The position numbers were made by a program, and so were the translations under genes. The notes below the pieces were generated by a model. The model saw only the letters and a list, made by a program, of their open reading frames with translations. It did not search any database and was not told where the DNA came from. A stretch of 22,242 nt of DNA, taken from positions 1-22,242 of the forward strand of contig JBFRWD010000116.1 of the NCBI GenBank assembly GCA_051439425.1, read 5' to 3'. The stretch is from Synechococcus sp. (lineage in GTDB: Bacteria; Cyanobacteriota; Cyanobacteriia; Thermostichales; PCC-7336). Shown one piece after another: positions 1 to 9,364 of the stretch (its first letter is position 1; each line of letters begins with the position of its first letter).

Positions 1-74
1 CCTCGGTAGCGTTGACGATCATGACTGTACATTATCGCGTACGCCTTAACTATAGCAGCCTTGAAAAACCCTGT

Positions 75-101
75 CAGGACTGAGATCTCCAAATAGAACT
101 T
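75..101. repeat. 27-bp direct repeat copy 1 (CAGGACTGAGATCTCCAAATAGAACTT), probable isolated IS end
   Basis: 26/27 identical to 227-253, same orientation. Confidence 0.8.
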
Positions 102-226
102 ATAACGATTCTCCCTAGGTTCCCTGAAAAATTTGGCTACTCTACCCATAGACGATCCTTCGAGTCGCTACACTCAAGTACTGAAATGCCAAAGCCCATC
201 AATAGCGCCTTCCTAAAAGAAAGTGC

Positions 227-253
227 CAGGACTGAGATCTCTAAATAGAACTT
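227..253. repeat. 27-bp direct repeat copy 2 (CAGGACTGAGATCTCTAAATAGAACTT), probable downstream end of the IS6 remnant
   Basis: 26/27 identical to 75-101; lies ~40 bp past the reconstructed transposase stop codon at 291-293. Confidence 0.75.
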
Positions 254-290
254 GTTGAGTGAGCCATTTTTCTCCTGACACTGAATAAGC

Positions 291-762
291 TTAAGCAGCT
301 GTGAATAAGGACTTTAGTTCCTGAGCTCGTTGACGAAAAGTTCGTCTCTGTTCAGATAAGCACACGGATTCTGTCATCTTTTGTCGGGGCCTGAAGTATT
401 GATGCAGTTCGTCAAAGGCTCACACATCCGTTTGCCTGAATCAAACGCTCCAAAGCCGAGAGTGGGATAGTATCTGGCCTTGATAGGACGATGGCTCTGC
501 TCCACAGGATTCCCTTGGCAGCCCCTAACCTCCTGCCCAACTTCGGTTCCCAGTTCTTCAGAGATCGCTCTCGGATAAGATGCCAGTCCATCAGTAACCA
601 CCTGTTCGGGTTGGCTGCTCGGCTACTTCCAGTGCTTGTCGGAAGACGGCTTTGGCGGCAGTCATATCTCTTTTCTGACTCTGCCTAGAATCGACTAGAT
701 TGCCATCCGAGTCGCTCTCTCTGTACAGATAGCACCAGCGCCCTCGGATTCGAACATATCGA
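291..762 (-). pseudogene. IS6-family DDE transposase remnant, 5'-truncated, two frameshifts
   Basis: Three frames join to YVRIRGRWCYLYR..DSDGNLVDS..SQKRDMTAAKAVFRQAL / PEQVVTDGLASYPRAI..NPVEQSHRPIKARYYPTLGFGAFDS / AFDELHQYFRPRQKM..LKSLFTAA*, matching IS6 motifs; frameshifts near 612 and 420; N-terminus including the first catalytic D (WRVDETY) absent. Confidence 0.85.
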
Positions 763-897
763 TGGACTGACAGAGACGGTGCCGAGCGTAGGGGAGTGTT
801 AAGAAAGCTTCGGGAGGGAGGGGGAACGCCGTTCGGGATGCGCGAATACAATGCTGGCTGAACCTCTTGTTTTTCTCTATCGATCACACAGAGCGCT

Positions 898-1179
898 ATG
901 TCTGACATCACAACGGAAACAATCGCCCAGAAAATCGAAACTCAGCTTGAAGCAACTGTTCCGGCGATCGCTGATGAGAGCCACCTGCATGCCGGTCATG
1001 TGGGAGCCAGGGAGGGGAGTCATTTCAGGTTGGTGGTGGTATCGCCTAAATTTGCTGGGTTAACCATGGTGAAGCAGCATCGTCTGGTTTACGAGGTGTT
1101 GGCGGATGAAATGCAATCGGGAATTCATGCACTTGCGCTTCAGACCTTTACGCCAGAACAATGGAGCGCTCGTGCCTAA
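898..1179 (+). CDS. bolA: BolA family protein
   Basis: ESHLHAGH..SHFRLVVVSPKFAG..VKQHRLVYEVL..GIHALALQTFTPEQW motifs; 93 aa. Confidence 0.92.
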   Translation: MSDITTETIAQKIETQLEATVPAIADESHLHAGHVGAREGSHFRLVVVSPKFAGLTMVKQHRLVYEVLADEMQSGIHALALQTFTPEQWSARA

Positions 1180-1532
1180 ACTCAAGCCTTTTGGCTAGAT
1201 TTGCGGAGTCCAGGGGGCATCTTGCTGATTGGGTTACGAATTATGGAGGGTGCGATCGTTAATACTGTCGGATTTTCTTCCCATCGCTATACCTGAAACA
1301 GAACGACAGATAGCGATCGGCAATCTGCTGTTGAGAGCTTCATTGCTCTGTTTCTTTGCAAATCTAGGGTCTTAGCTGAGGCTAAGCTCCAGATCCTACA
1401 GCGGATTGCCATGTTAAGCGGGCTATTGTCAGATCGCTTGTATTTCTGGTTTTTCGATGTAAGTTCCCGGTGGGAATGGTTGCTATGAACGTCAGGGCTG
1501 AGTGGAACCGGGCTGAATTGAGAGGTAATGTC

Positions 1533-2561
1533 GTGAACCGTTGGAAGAGTCGACTATTGCGCCATTGGTTTCTGCCGGTACTGGTTATTGTTTGGCTGGC
1601 GACAGGTGGCTGGTGGCTGACAGGACTATCAGCCACTGCTGCTGAAACATCGGGAGACAACAGTACAGAACCGTTTTCGATCGCTTTGATAGGGGACTTA
1701 CCCTATACCCCGATTCAAGAAGAGCGTTTTCTTGACTTAATTGAGGCGGTCAATCAATCGGATGTGGCCTTCGTCATTCACGATGGCGATTTGAAAGCGG
1801 GCTCTACGGAATGCTCGGATGCGGCGATTGTGGAGCGCAAGCAACTGTTCGAGACGTTTGATAAGCCGTTTATCTACGTGCTGGGAGATAACGAGTGGAC
1901 GGACTGCTATCGAGAGAAAGCGGGTTCGTATGATGCCCTAGAACGGCTGGATTTTGTTAGGGCTCTATTTACAGAGGGCGATCGCAGCATGGCCGTTCCC
2001 TCCCTCACGCTTGAACGCCAGAGTGCGGACCTGAAATTTTCTACCTATCGTGAGAATGTGTTGTGGGACTACAACAACGTCTTGTTCGCAACCTTGCACG
2101 TAGTGGGCAGTAACAATAACTTTGGCCGCAATTCCGAAAATGATGCCGAGTTTCGAGAACGTAATCGGGCCGATTTGGTCTGGATGCAGCAGGCGTTCGA
2201 GCGGGCCAAGGCGGGAAACTACGCTGGGTTTATGCTGACGATTCATGCCAATCCCCTATTCGAGCTAAAGCCCGACGAGCCCGAGAGAGCGGGATTTAAC
2301 GAGTTTATTGCGGCCCTGGAAACGGAAGTAGCCAATTACAATCGCCCGATTGTGCTGGTGCATGGAGACACCCATCGCTTCCAAATCGACAAGCCACTCC
2401 GTCAGGAGGGGGAAGAAATTGCCAACTTTACTCGGGTCGAGACATTTGGTTCCCCTAACGTCCACTGGCTGCGGGCGGAGATCGACCCCAACAGCGACAA
2501 CGTGTTCGAGTTTTATCAGGAATTAATTCCTGTGGACTATGACGAAGAGAGCCCTCGCTAG
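1533..2561 (+). CDS. Secreted calcineurin-like metallophosphoesterase family protein
   Basis: Metal-ligand motifs GDLPY, HDGD, GDNEW, HANP, HGDTH; basic+hydrophobic signal peptide ending SATAA; GTG at 1533 follows GAGAGG (ORF open from 1470, start uncertain). Confidence 0.8.
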   Translation: MNRWKSRLLRHWFLPVLVIVWLATGGWWLTGLSATAAETSGDNSTEPFSIALIGDLPYTPIQEERFLDLIEAVNQSDVAFVIHDGDLKAGSTECSDAAIVERKQLFETFDKPFIYVLGDNEWTDCYREKAGSYDALERLDFVRALFTEGDRSMAVPSLTLERQSADLKFSTYRENVLWDYNNVLFATLHVVGSNNNFGRNSENDAEFRERNRADLVWMQQAFERAKAGNYAGFMLTIHANPLFELKPDEPERAGFNEFIAALETEVANYNRPIVLVHGDTHRFQIDKPLRQEGEEIANFTRVETFGSPNVHWLRAEIDPNSDNVFEFYQELIPVDYDEESPR

Positions 2562-2659
2562 TGGTCTGTCCACCTTGCTATGGGGGGATTCTCAACCTTC
2601 GACTGCGTTGTAGCCGGCTTGAGAGAGCAAGTATCCGTCACTAGTATCGGCGCGACAGG

Positions 2660-2851
2660 CTAATTTCCTGGGCGAGAGAAGATTTGCCACATCACAAAGG
2701 CTGTGAAACTTAAGAACCCGATAGTTGTGACCCAATCTTGCCAACTGCCCGGGGATGAAATTGCCATGTGCTGTGACCTGCAGTTCTGATGTTTCCAATT
2801 AAGCCATGCAGCGTGTTGTCCTGTCAGAGAGTCCCTAATCGAACGAGCCAT
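2660..2851 (-). CDS. Possible small membrane protein (63 aa, or 35 aa from internal Met)
   Basis: ATG preceded by purine-rich GAGAGTAG; C-terminal hydrophobic segment WVTTIGFLSFTAFVMWQIF; fills an otherwise empty intergenic gap. Confidence 0.35.
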   Translation of the reverse strand: MARSIRDSLTGQHAAWLNWKHQNCRSQHMAISSPGSWQDWVTTIGFLSFTAFVMWQIFSRPGN

Positions 2852-2852
2852 C

Positions 2853-2888
2853 TAATCTACTCTCGGAATGTAATCTACTCCCTAAATG
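2853..2888. repeat. Imperfect 18-bp tandem repeat TAATCTACTC-N4-AATG x2
   Basis: TAATCTACTCTCGGAATG followed directly by TAATCTACTCCCTAAATG. Confidence 0.65.
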
Positions 2889-3003
2889 ACGGTATGAGGA
2901 CATGGCATTGAGACAATCTGGGCTCGCGGTGTGTTGTATGGCGCACTACGGTTTGCAGCACCGAGTTACCCTGAACTAAGTACGATAAAACTCCTGCACT
3001 TCC

Positions 3004-5616
3004 ATGTCCCTCCTCAATCGCCTGAACACCCTTAGCGAACTAGGTTCCAGCGGATTCGGTTTGGATGAAGAATCCAAAAACGGTGCGTCCAAACATAAGT
3101 CGTTTACTCGTCCGGGTGCAACCCCGCATTACACTCCCGATCGCCCAGGTCAGGTGAATCACATTCGCTTGGAGTTAGATGTTCGGATCGATGCGCGAGA
3201 AATCGAAGGAACCTGCACTACCCTTCTAACCCCCATTCGCGACGGTATTCGGACTGTGACCCTCGATGCGGTCGATCTTGAGATTCAGGCCGTGCATTGC
3301 AACGGTGCAGAGCAAGCCTTTGATTACGATGGCGAGCAGTTGATGATCTCCCTCGAGCCCGCTACATCTGTGGGAGAGCCGCTGGAGTTGGCAATCGCTT
3401 ATGCTGCCCGTCAGCCGCAACGGGGCATCTACTTTATTGCTCCTGATGAGCACTATCCCAATAAGCCCGTGCAAGTGTGGACGCAGGGAGAAGATGAGGA
3501 CTCTCGCTATTGGTTCCCCTGTTTCGATTACCCCGGCCAATTGGCGACCACCGAAATTTTGGCAACCGTTTCCGACCCCTATACGGCGGTTAGCAATGGT
3601 GAGTTAGTCGAGGTGAAGGAAACGGGAGACGGCAAAAAGACCTTTCATTGGAGTCAGCAAGAAGTTCACCCCTCCTATCTGGTGGCGTTGGCGATTGGGG
3701 ACTTTGCCGAATTGCGGGATGAATGGAACGGTAAGCCGGTGACCTACTACGTCGAAAAGGGGCGGGAGGAACAGGCGCGCATCACGATGGGCAAAACCCC
3801 AGAAATGGTGGACTTTTTCTCGAAGACTTTTGGCTATGACTACGCTTATCCCAAATACGCGCAAGTCTGTGTGGATGACTTCATCTTTGGGGGGATGGAA
3901 AACACGTCTGTGACGTTGCTGACCGATCGCTGTTTGTTGGATGAGCGGGCGGCGATCGATAACCTTCGGGCAGAGACTTTGGTGGCCCACGAGCTGGCGC
4001 ATCAGTGGTTTGGCGATCTGATTGTAATTAAGCATTGGTCCCATGCCTGGGTGAAAGAAGGCATGGCCACCTATTCCGAATCGCTGTGGTTGAACCACGC
4101 CTACAGTCAGGAACGAGCTGATTACAACCGATACAGCGACCAGAGTAGCTATCTGGCAGAGGATGCTGGTCGCTATCGCCGTCCGATGGTGACAAACGTA
4201 TACAAGGAGGCGATCGAGCTCTACGACCGCCACATTTACGAAAAAGGGGCTTGTGTCTATCACATGCTGCGTCGCCTGTTGGGGGACGAGCTGTTTGCCA
4301 AGACGGTTCAAACCCTGATTACCGACAACGCGCACGGGACTGTGGATACTGCTGATCTGGTGCGTGCCGCCGACAAGGCGACTGGCATCAATATTCAGCC
4401 CCTGCTCGATCAGTACGTATTTCGTGGCGGCCACCCCGACTACAAGGTTGGCTATGGCTGGGATGGCGATAGCAATTTAGCGAAAGTCACCGTTACCCAA
4501 ACTCAAGCCAAAGAGTCTCTGTTCGATCTGAAAATTCCCATTGCCTTTGGCTTCAATGACGGGGCAACCATTAGGGACTTTACCGTTCGTATCCACGAGG
4601 CCGACCAAAGCTTTTACTTTCCGTTAGAGTCCAAGCCTCAATTTGTTTGCTTTGACAACGGCAACCACCATCTCAAGACCGTCCAGCTTACTTATGCCGT
4701 GTCCGAGCTAAAAGCCCAGTTGCTATATGCCCCCGATGTCATCTCTCAAATCTATGCGGCAAAAGCATTAGCCAAGAAGGGGAATTTGGAATCCATCAAA
4801 GCCCTGCAAGCCTGCCTCGATAGCGATGCCTTTTGGGGGGTGAAGGTACAGGTGTGCTCGGCTCTCTCGGACATTGCCCTCGACCAAGTGAGCGATGTAT
4901 TGATGGCAGCGATGGACGATCGCGATCCTCACGTCCGTAAAGCTGCGATTTCTGGGCTGACAAAATTCAAAACTCGCCGCACGTTTGACCGCTTGACGCA
5001 AGTTCTACAGGCCGGAGATGCCAGTTATCTCGTGGAAGCCGCTGCCGCCAGAGCGATCGGCACGATCGCCGGTAAAGCTGTTGATGGTGAAGTCGATGAG
5101 GGAGAAGCGATTGCGATTTTGCAGTACGTTTTGTCCACCAAAGAAGGGTGGAACGAAGTGGTACGTTCGGGAGCGATTGGTGGTCTATCCGAAATGAAAG
5201 AATCGGAGGACGCCCTCAACCTGATTTTGGACTACACCAAGATTGGTGTTCCTCAACCGCTGCGATTGGCATCAATTCGCGCTTTAGGAGCGTATGCCTC
5301 CGAGCGGGAAAATCCCAAAGTTCTGGAACGCTTGCGGGAGCTATCTCGGGAGACCTTCTTCCTAACGGAAGTCTCTACGGTAAACGCCTTAGGGCAGTTG
5401 AATACCACCCAAGCGATTCCCGTGCTGCAGCAGTTAGAGAGCAGCGACGGGCGAGTGGAACGGATGGTCTCAGAGGCGATCGCTCGCGTGCAGAAGAAAG
5501 CCGGTTCTGATAGCTCTCTCAAAGAATTGCGTAATGAGTTGGAAACCCTCAAGAAAACCAACCAAGAGCTAGTCAGCCGTCTGGAGCAGTTGGAGGCCAA
5601 GGCGAAAGCCGATTAA
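3004..5616 (+). CDS. pepN: M1 family aminopeptidase N with C-terminal HEAT-like repeats and coiled coil
   Basis: GGMEN exopeptidase motif, HELAHQWFG (HEXXH) with downstream E in WVKEG, YEKGA; helical repeats (DPHVRKAAISGL, VRSGAIGGL); heptad tail. Confidence 0.93.
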   Translation: MSLLNRLNTLSELGSSGFGLDEESKNGASKHKSFTRPGATPHYTPDRPGQVNHIRLELDVRIDAREIEGTCTTLLTPIRDGIRTVTLDAVDLEIQAVHCNGAEQAFDYDGEQLMISLEPATSVGEPLELAIAYAARQPQRGIYFIAPDEHYPNKPVQVWTQGEDEDSRYWFPCFDYPGQLATTEILATVSDPYTAVSNGELVEVKETGDGKKTFHWSQQEVHPSYLVALAIGDFAELRDEWNGKPVTYYVEKGREEQARITMGKTPEMVDFFSKTFGYDYAYPKYAQVCVDDFIFGGMENTSVTLLTDRCLLDERAAIDNLRAETLVAHELAHQWFGDLIVIKHWSHAWVKEGMATYSESLWLNHAYSQERADYNRYSDQSSYLAEDAGRYRRPMVTNVYKEAIELYDRHIYEKGACVYHMLRRLLGDELFAKTVQTLITDNAHGTVDTADLVRAADKATGINIQPLLDQYVFRGGHPDYKVGYGWDGDSNLAKVTVTQTQAKESLFDLKIPIAFGFNDGATIRDFTVRIHEADQSFYFPLESKPQFVCFDNGNHHLKTVQLTYAVSELKAQLLYAPDVISQIYAAKALAKKGNLESIKALQACLDSDAFWGVKVQVCSALSDIALDQVSDVLMAAMDDRDPHVRKAAISGLTKFKTRRTFDRLTQVLQAGDASYLVEAAAARAIGTIAGKAVDGEVDEGEAIAILQYVLSTKEGWNEVVRSGAIGGLSEMKESEDALNLILDYTKIGVPQPLRLASIRALGAYASERENPKVLERLRELSRETFFLTEVSTVNALGQLNTTQAIPVLQQLESSDGRVERMVSEAIARVQKKAGSDSSLKELRNELETLKKTNQELVSRLEQLEAKAKAD

Positions 5617-5625
5617 GCTTTGTCA

Positions 5626-5720
5626 TATAGCAGTGGCCATACCACTGCGGACATTTCAGCTATGTTTAACCCTGACGGCCATTAGAAGCCTTGGTTTTCA
5701 CTGAAATGACAAACGCTATA
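5626..5720 (+). mobile_element. 95-bp structured MITE-like element, copy A
   Basis: Ends TATAGC...GCTATA; hairpin GCAGTGG-N5-CCACTGC; internal IR CATTTCAG/CTGAAATG; 73/95 ungapped identity to reverse complement of 17691-17785. Confidence 0.7.
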
Positions 5721-5845
5721 TTCGCTAATTGCTCGTTAACTTGCTGCTCGCGCTCGAGCCGAAATCCTGCAGAATGAATAGGTATTCCTAGACCGGAATA
5801 GCGGTGCTTGCCGCTGACCTAGCCCTTACATCTCGCGTACAACCT

Positions 5846-6892
5846 ATGTCTGAATCCGTTACCCCCGATTCTCAAGCGGAACTATCCATCAATCCTGAAG
5901 GTTCTGCTGACGGAGAGACTGCTGAAATGGATGCCGCTGATTCAAAAGGCTCGCGTGCCCGCCAGATGCTGGGTATGAAAGGAGCCGATGTTAGCGATCG
6001 CTCCGTCTGGCAAATTCACCTGCAATTGATGAAGCCCGTTACCTGGATTCCCTTGATGTGGGGCGTGATTTGCGGGGCGGCCTCGTCCGGTGGATATGTC
6101 TGGAATTGGGAATGTTTTGCTCAGTCGATGGCCTGCATGTTGATGTCTGGGCCGCTACTGACGGGGTATACCCAGACGGTGAATGACTATTACGATCACG
6201 AGATCGACGCCATTAACGAGCCCTATCGTCCGATTCCGTCGGGGGCTATCTCGCTCACTCGCGTGGTGGCTCAGATTTGGATCTTGGCGTTAGCTGGACT
6301 GGGAATTGCTATCGGGTTGGATGTCTGGGCCGGTCACGATTTTCCCATCATGACGGCGCTCACGGTATTTGGAATCTTTGTGGCGTACATCTACTCAGCG
6401 CCCCCTCTTAAGCTGAAGCAGAATGGCTGGCTGGGGAATTACGCATTGGGGGCTAGCTACATTGCTCTGCCCTGGTGGGCCGGTCATGCCCTTTTCGGTC
6501 AATTGAATACCACCGTGATCGTGCTGACGTTGATCTACAGCATCGCTGGTTTGGGAATTGCAGTAGTGAACGACTTTAAGAGTGTTGAGGGCGATCGCGA
6601 ATTGGGCCTGCAGTCTCTACCTGTCGTCTTCGGTGTTGAAAAAGCCGCTTGGCTTTCTGCCAGCACCATCGATATTTTTCAGTTGGGCATGGCCGCCTTC
6701 TTGGCCTATGTCGGCGAGCACCTACTGGCAACGGTTCTGGTCTTCCTGGTGATTCCCCAAATCGTGTTCCAGGACATGTATTTCTTGCGCAACCCGGTAG
6801 AAAACGACGTCAAGTACCAGGCTAGTGCTCAGCCCTTCTTGGTTTTGGGGATGTTGGTGATGGCGTTTGGCATGGCTCACGCCGGTATTTGA
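5846..6892 (+). CDS. chlG: Chlorophyll synthase
   Basis: RARQMLGMKGA, LMKPVTWIPL, NDYYD..IDAINEPYRPIPSG, YSAPPLKLKQNGW, NDFKSVEGDR, NDVKYQASAQPF; ATG at 5846 preferred over GTG at 5804. Confidence 0.97.
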   Translation: MSESVTPDSQAELSINPEGSADGETAEMDAADSKGSRARQMLGMKGADVSDRSVWQIHLQLMKPVTWIPLMWGVICGAASSGGYVWNWECFAQSMACMLMSGPLLTGYTQTVNDYYDHEIDAINEPYRPIPSGAISLTRVVAQIWILALAGLGIAIGLDVWAGHDFPIMTALTVFGIFVAYIYSAPPLKLKQNGWLGNYALGASYIALPWWAGHALFGQLNTTVIVLTLIYSIAGLGIAVVNDFKSVEGDRELGLQSLPVVFGVEKAAWLSASTIDIFQLGMAAFLAYVGEHLLATVLVFLVIPQIVFQDMYFLRNPVENDVKYQASAQPFLVLGMLVMAFGMAHAGI

Positions 6893-6916
6893 GCGATGGG
6901 CAAGCAGGACTCGAAC

Positions 6917-7408
6917 CTAGCCGATGATTTCCTCCAGGTCGAGGCTATCTAACAGAGGGGGGTGCTCTACATCGTCGTGGCGAATGTATCCACTGGGCAT
7001 TTTTGTCTTGAAGAACTGTGCTCCATCCAACTGGGCTCCGGTCAAATCGGCTTCGGTTAAATCGGCCTCAACTAATACCGCACCCCTCAGGTCGGCATCT
7101 CGAAGGCTGGCCCGACGCAATTTAGCCCGGTAGAGAATTGCTTTGCTGAGATTGGCTTGGTGAAGCTTCGCTTTGTAAAAATCTGTTTCGGTCAAAATAG
7201 CTTCTGACAAGTTGGCCCTGTACATCACCGTTCCGCTCAAATGGGCTTCCATCAGAATGGCTTTGTGCAGATTGGCTTCATTCAAAATTGCCCAGTCCAG
7301 TTGAATGCCAATTAATTCAGCACTGTCTAATTCTGTTCGACTGAGATCGACACGACAGAAGTCTCGTTCTCCAGCGGCATATTGCTGTAACAGTTCCTGA
7401 GCCTCCAT
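6917..7408 (-). CDS. Pentapeptide repeat protein
   Basis: ELLQQYAAGERDF N-terminus typical of cyanobacterial members; serial A(N/D/I)Lxx repeats; GGAG upstream of ATG. Confidence 0.93.
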   Translation of the reverse strand: MEAQELLQQYAAGERDFCRVDLSRTELDSAELIGIQLDWAILNEANLHKAILMEAHLSGTVMYRANLSEAILTETDFYKAKLHQANLSKAILYRAKLRRASLRDADLRGAVLVEADLTEADLTGAQLDGAQFFKTKMPSGYIRHDDVEHPPLLDSLDLEEIIG

Positions 7409-7825
7409 AGATCACTCCTATGCTGAGAGGGAATAAGTGATGGTAATGATGCGTGCATGTGGTGATGAGTATGAGGTTCTACAGGAGAGCCTATACGTTA
7501 AGTTACCCGCTTGGGCCCAGAGATCGATTGGGCATGGCTCTGGGTTTCAGCATGAGATTGGGTATGTTTCCGCAAGAGATTAGCCCCTGATGGCAATAGA
7601 CCTTCGATTGTTACGGTATTCCGTCTCAATCGTGCAGGTTTACATGCTTTGAAAAATGTTTCTAAAGAGTTGTTAGGCGAGTACCTTGGTTGGATCCGTA
7701 TAACGACTAACCGTTGCGATAGTTCGGTGGGTTAGCAGAGGGGGAGCCAGTGCAACCAGCGGTCAAAAACAGTCTGCGGGGCTAAACTGGCCTCACTCTT
7801 TCTGTTGGCTGGGTGGGGTATTGCA

Positions 7826-8764
7826 GTGGTTGAGCATTCGAAAGTAGCGGTAATTGGTGCTGGTGCAGTGGGAAGTACTCTGGCCCAGCGGATTGCCGAA
7901 ACGAATCTGGCGGATGTGGTGTTGCTGGATATCGTGCAGGGGCGACCGCAAGGGGTGGCGCTGGATTTGATGGAAGCGCGGGCGGTGGAGCGGCACGATC
8001 GCTCGATTGTTGGCACTCAAGATTACGCGGAGGTGGCCGGGGCGGACATTGTTGTGATTACTGCCGGTCGTCCGCGTACCCCGAATATGACTCGGGATGA
8101 CCTGCTAGAGATTAATGCTGGGATTGTGGCGAAGGTTGCACAGCAGGCGATCGCTCAGGCTCCGGATGCGATTTTTATTACGGTGACTAATCCGTTAGAT
8201 GTAATGGCGCATTTGGTGGGACAGGTGGGTCGGTTACCCCGTCAGCGGTTTATGGGGATGGCGGGGGTGTTGGATGCGGCCCGGTTTGCCACGTTTATTG
8301 CGATGGAACTGAAGGTGTCAGCGGCGGATGTATCGGCGATGGTGTTGGGGGGACACGGAGATCTAATGCTGCCACTAGCGCGCTATACGACTGTAGGAGG
8401 TGTACCACTGCCGGAGTTGATGACTGCGGAGACGATTGACCGGATTGCGGAACGGACGCGCCAGGGGGGGGCGGAGATTGGGAAGTTGTTGAAGACGGGG
8501 AGTGCGTATTATGCGCCGTCGGCATCTGTGGCGGTAATGGTGGATGCGATTTTGCGCGATCGCCGTCGCACGTTGCCGGTGTCTGTGGCTTTGGAGGGGG
8601 AGTACGGGTTGCAGGGGTTGTGTTTGGGGGTGCCGATTCAGTTGGGGGCGGCTGGGGTTGAGAAAATTATTGAGCTGACGCTGACGGATGCGGAGATAGA
8701 GGCGCTGCATGAGTCGGCGGCGTCGGTGAAGGCTCAGATTGGGAAGTTGCCGGATGTTGGTTAG
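7826..8764 (+). CDS. mdh: Malate dehydrogenase (LDH-like)
   Basis: VIGAGAVG Rossmann motif, TAGRPRTPNMTRDDLL substrate loop with Arg (MDH rather than LDH Gln), VTNPLD, LDAARF, LGGHGD; start GTG 7826 uncertain (ORF from 7805). Confidence 0.93.
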   Translation: MVEHSKVAVIGAGAVGSTLAQRIAETNLADVVLLDIVQGRPQGVALDLMEARAVERHDRSIVGTQDYAEVAGADIVVITAGRPRTPNMTRDDLLEINAGIVAKVAQQAIAQAPDAIFITVTNPLDVMAHLVGQVGRLPRQRFMGMAGVLDAARFATFIAMELKVSAADVSAMVLGGHGDLMLPLARYTTVGGVPLPELMTAETIDRIAERTRQGGAEIGKLLKTGSAYYAPSASVAVMVDAILRDRRRTLPVSVALEGEYGLQGLCLGVPIQLGAAGVEKIIELTLTDAEIEALHESAASVKAQIGKLPDVG

Positions 8765-8769
8765 TTTTT

Positions 8770-8883
8770 AGGCTGACGGCAATGGGAGGGAGAAATCGTA
8801 AGTGCAAGAGTCAGCCTGTTTTGCATCTCTCAGGCTGACTGCAAAAAATTTCCAATTGTCAGACGATCTCAAGAGTCAGCCTG
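8770..8883. repeat. Alternating inverted/direct repeat cluster between convergent mdh and ridA
   Basis: AGGCTGAC(G/T)GCAA at 8770-8782 and 8832-8844; CAAGAGTCAGCCTG at 8805-8818 and 8870-8883; perfect 10-bp IR 8809-8818/8831-8840. Confidence 0.8.
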
Positions 8884-8891
8884 CAAATAAA

Positions 8892-9293
8892 TTACCTTAA
8901 AGCTATTGCTTCGATTTCGACTTTGACGTCTTTGGGGAGGCGGGCGACTTCGACGCAGGAGCGGGCGGGGGCGCTGTCGGAGGGGAAGTATTGGCCGTAG
9001 ATTTCGTTGACGGTAGCGAAGTCGTTCATATCCGCGAGATACACCGTGGTTTTGACAATATTGGCCATTGAGGTGTTGGCGGCGGCTAGGACTGCGGAGA
9101 GGTTTTTGAGGACTTGTTCAGTTTCGGCTGCGACGTCGCCGTTGCCGATGATTTGGCCGGTGGCGGGGTCTAGGGCGATTTGCCCGGCAGTGAAGACTAG
9201 GGAGCCTTGGGCAGCGATCGCCTGGTTGTAGGGGCCGACGGGAGCGGGGGCTTTAGTGGTTTCGACGATCGTTCTGTTTTTGGGGATGGGCAT
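8892..9293 (-). CDS. ridA: RidA/YjgF/UK114 family reactive intermediate deaminase
   Basis: APAPVGPYNQAI, AGQIALDP, VKTTVYLADMNDF, PARSCVEVARLPKDVKVEIEAIA (catalytic Arg present). Confidence 0.93.
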   Translation of the reverse strand: MPIPKNRTIVETTKAPAPVGPYNQAIAAQGSLVFTAGQIALDPATGQIIGNGDVAAETEQVLKNLSAVLAAANTSMANIVKTTVYLADMNDFATVNEIYGQYFPSDSAPARSCVEVARLPKDVKVEIEAIALR

Positions 9294-9364
9294 GGTTTGG
9301 GGCTCCGGTCGGGATCGATGACTACTGTACTGCGGTTGTGAGTTTTTGGGGGAGAGGTGGTTAT

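Noticed and set aside
1..22. Possible minus-strand gene start MIVNATE running off the left edge (Phd/YefM-like opening)
   Set aside because: Only 7 codons visible; cannot be supported
51..200. TATAGCAG at 51 and CTGAAATG at 181 resembling ends of the 95-bp element
   Set aside because: Only 8-bp matches, wrong spacing, hairpin absent
770..860. G-rich stretch upstream of bolA as tRNA or riboswitch
   Set aside because: No cloverleaf, T-loop or recognisable riboswitch core
3604..4434. 276-aa antisense ORF within pepN
   Set aside because: Shadow of a well-supported gene; no motifs
7698..7711. GTA-N8-AAC upstream of mdh as NtcA site
   Set aside because: Deviates from GTA-N8-TAC; expected by chance
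8770..8883. Mini CRISPR array
   Set aside because: One full palindromic unit plus two halves, spacers 22-25 nt, no cas genes or leader
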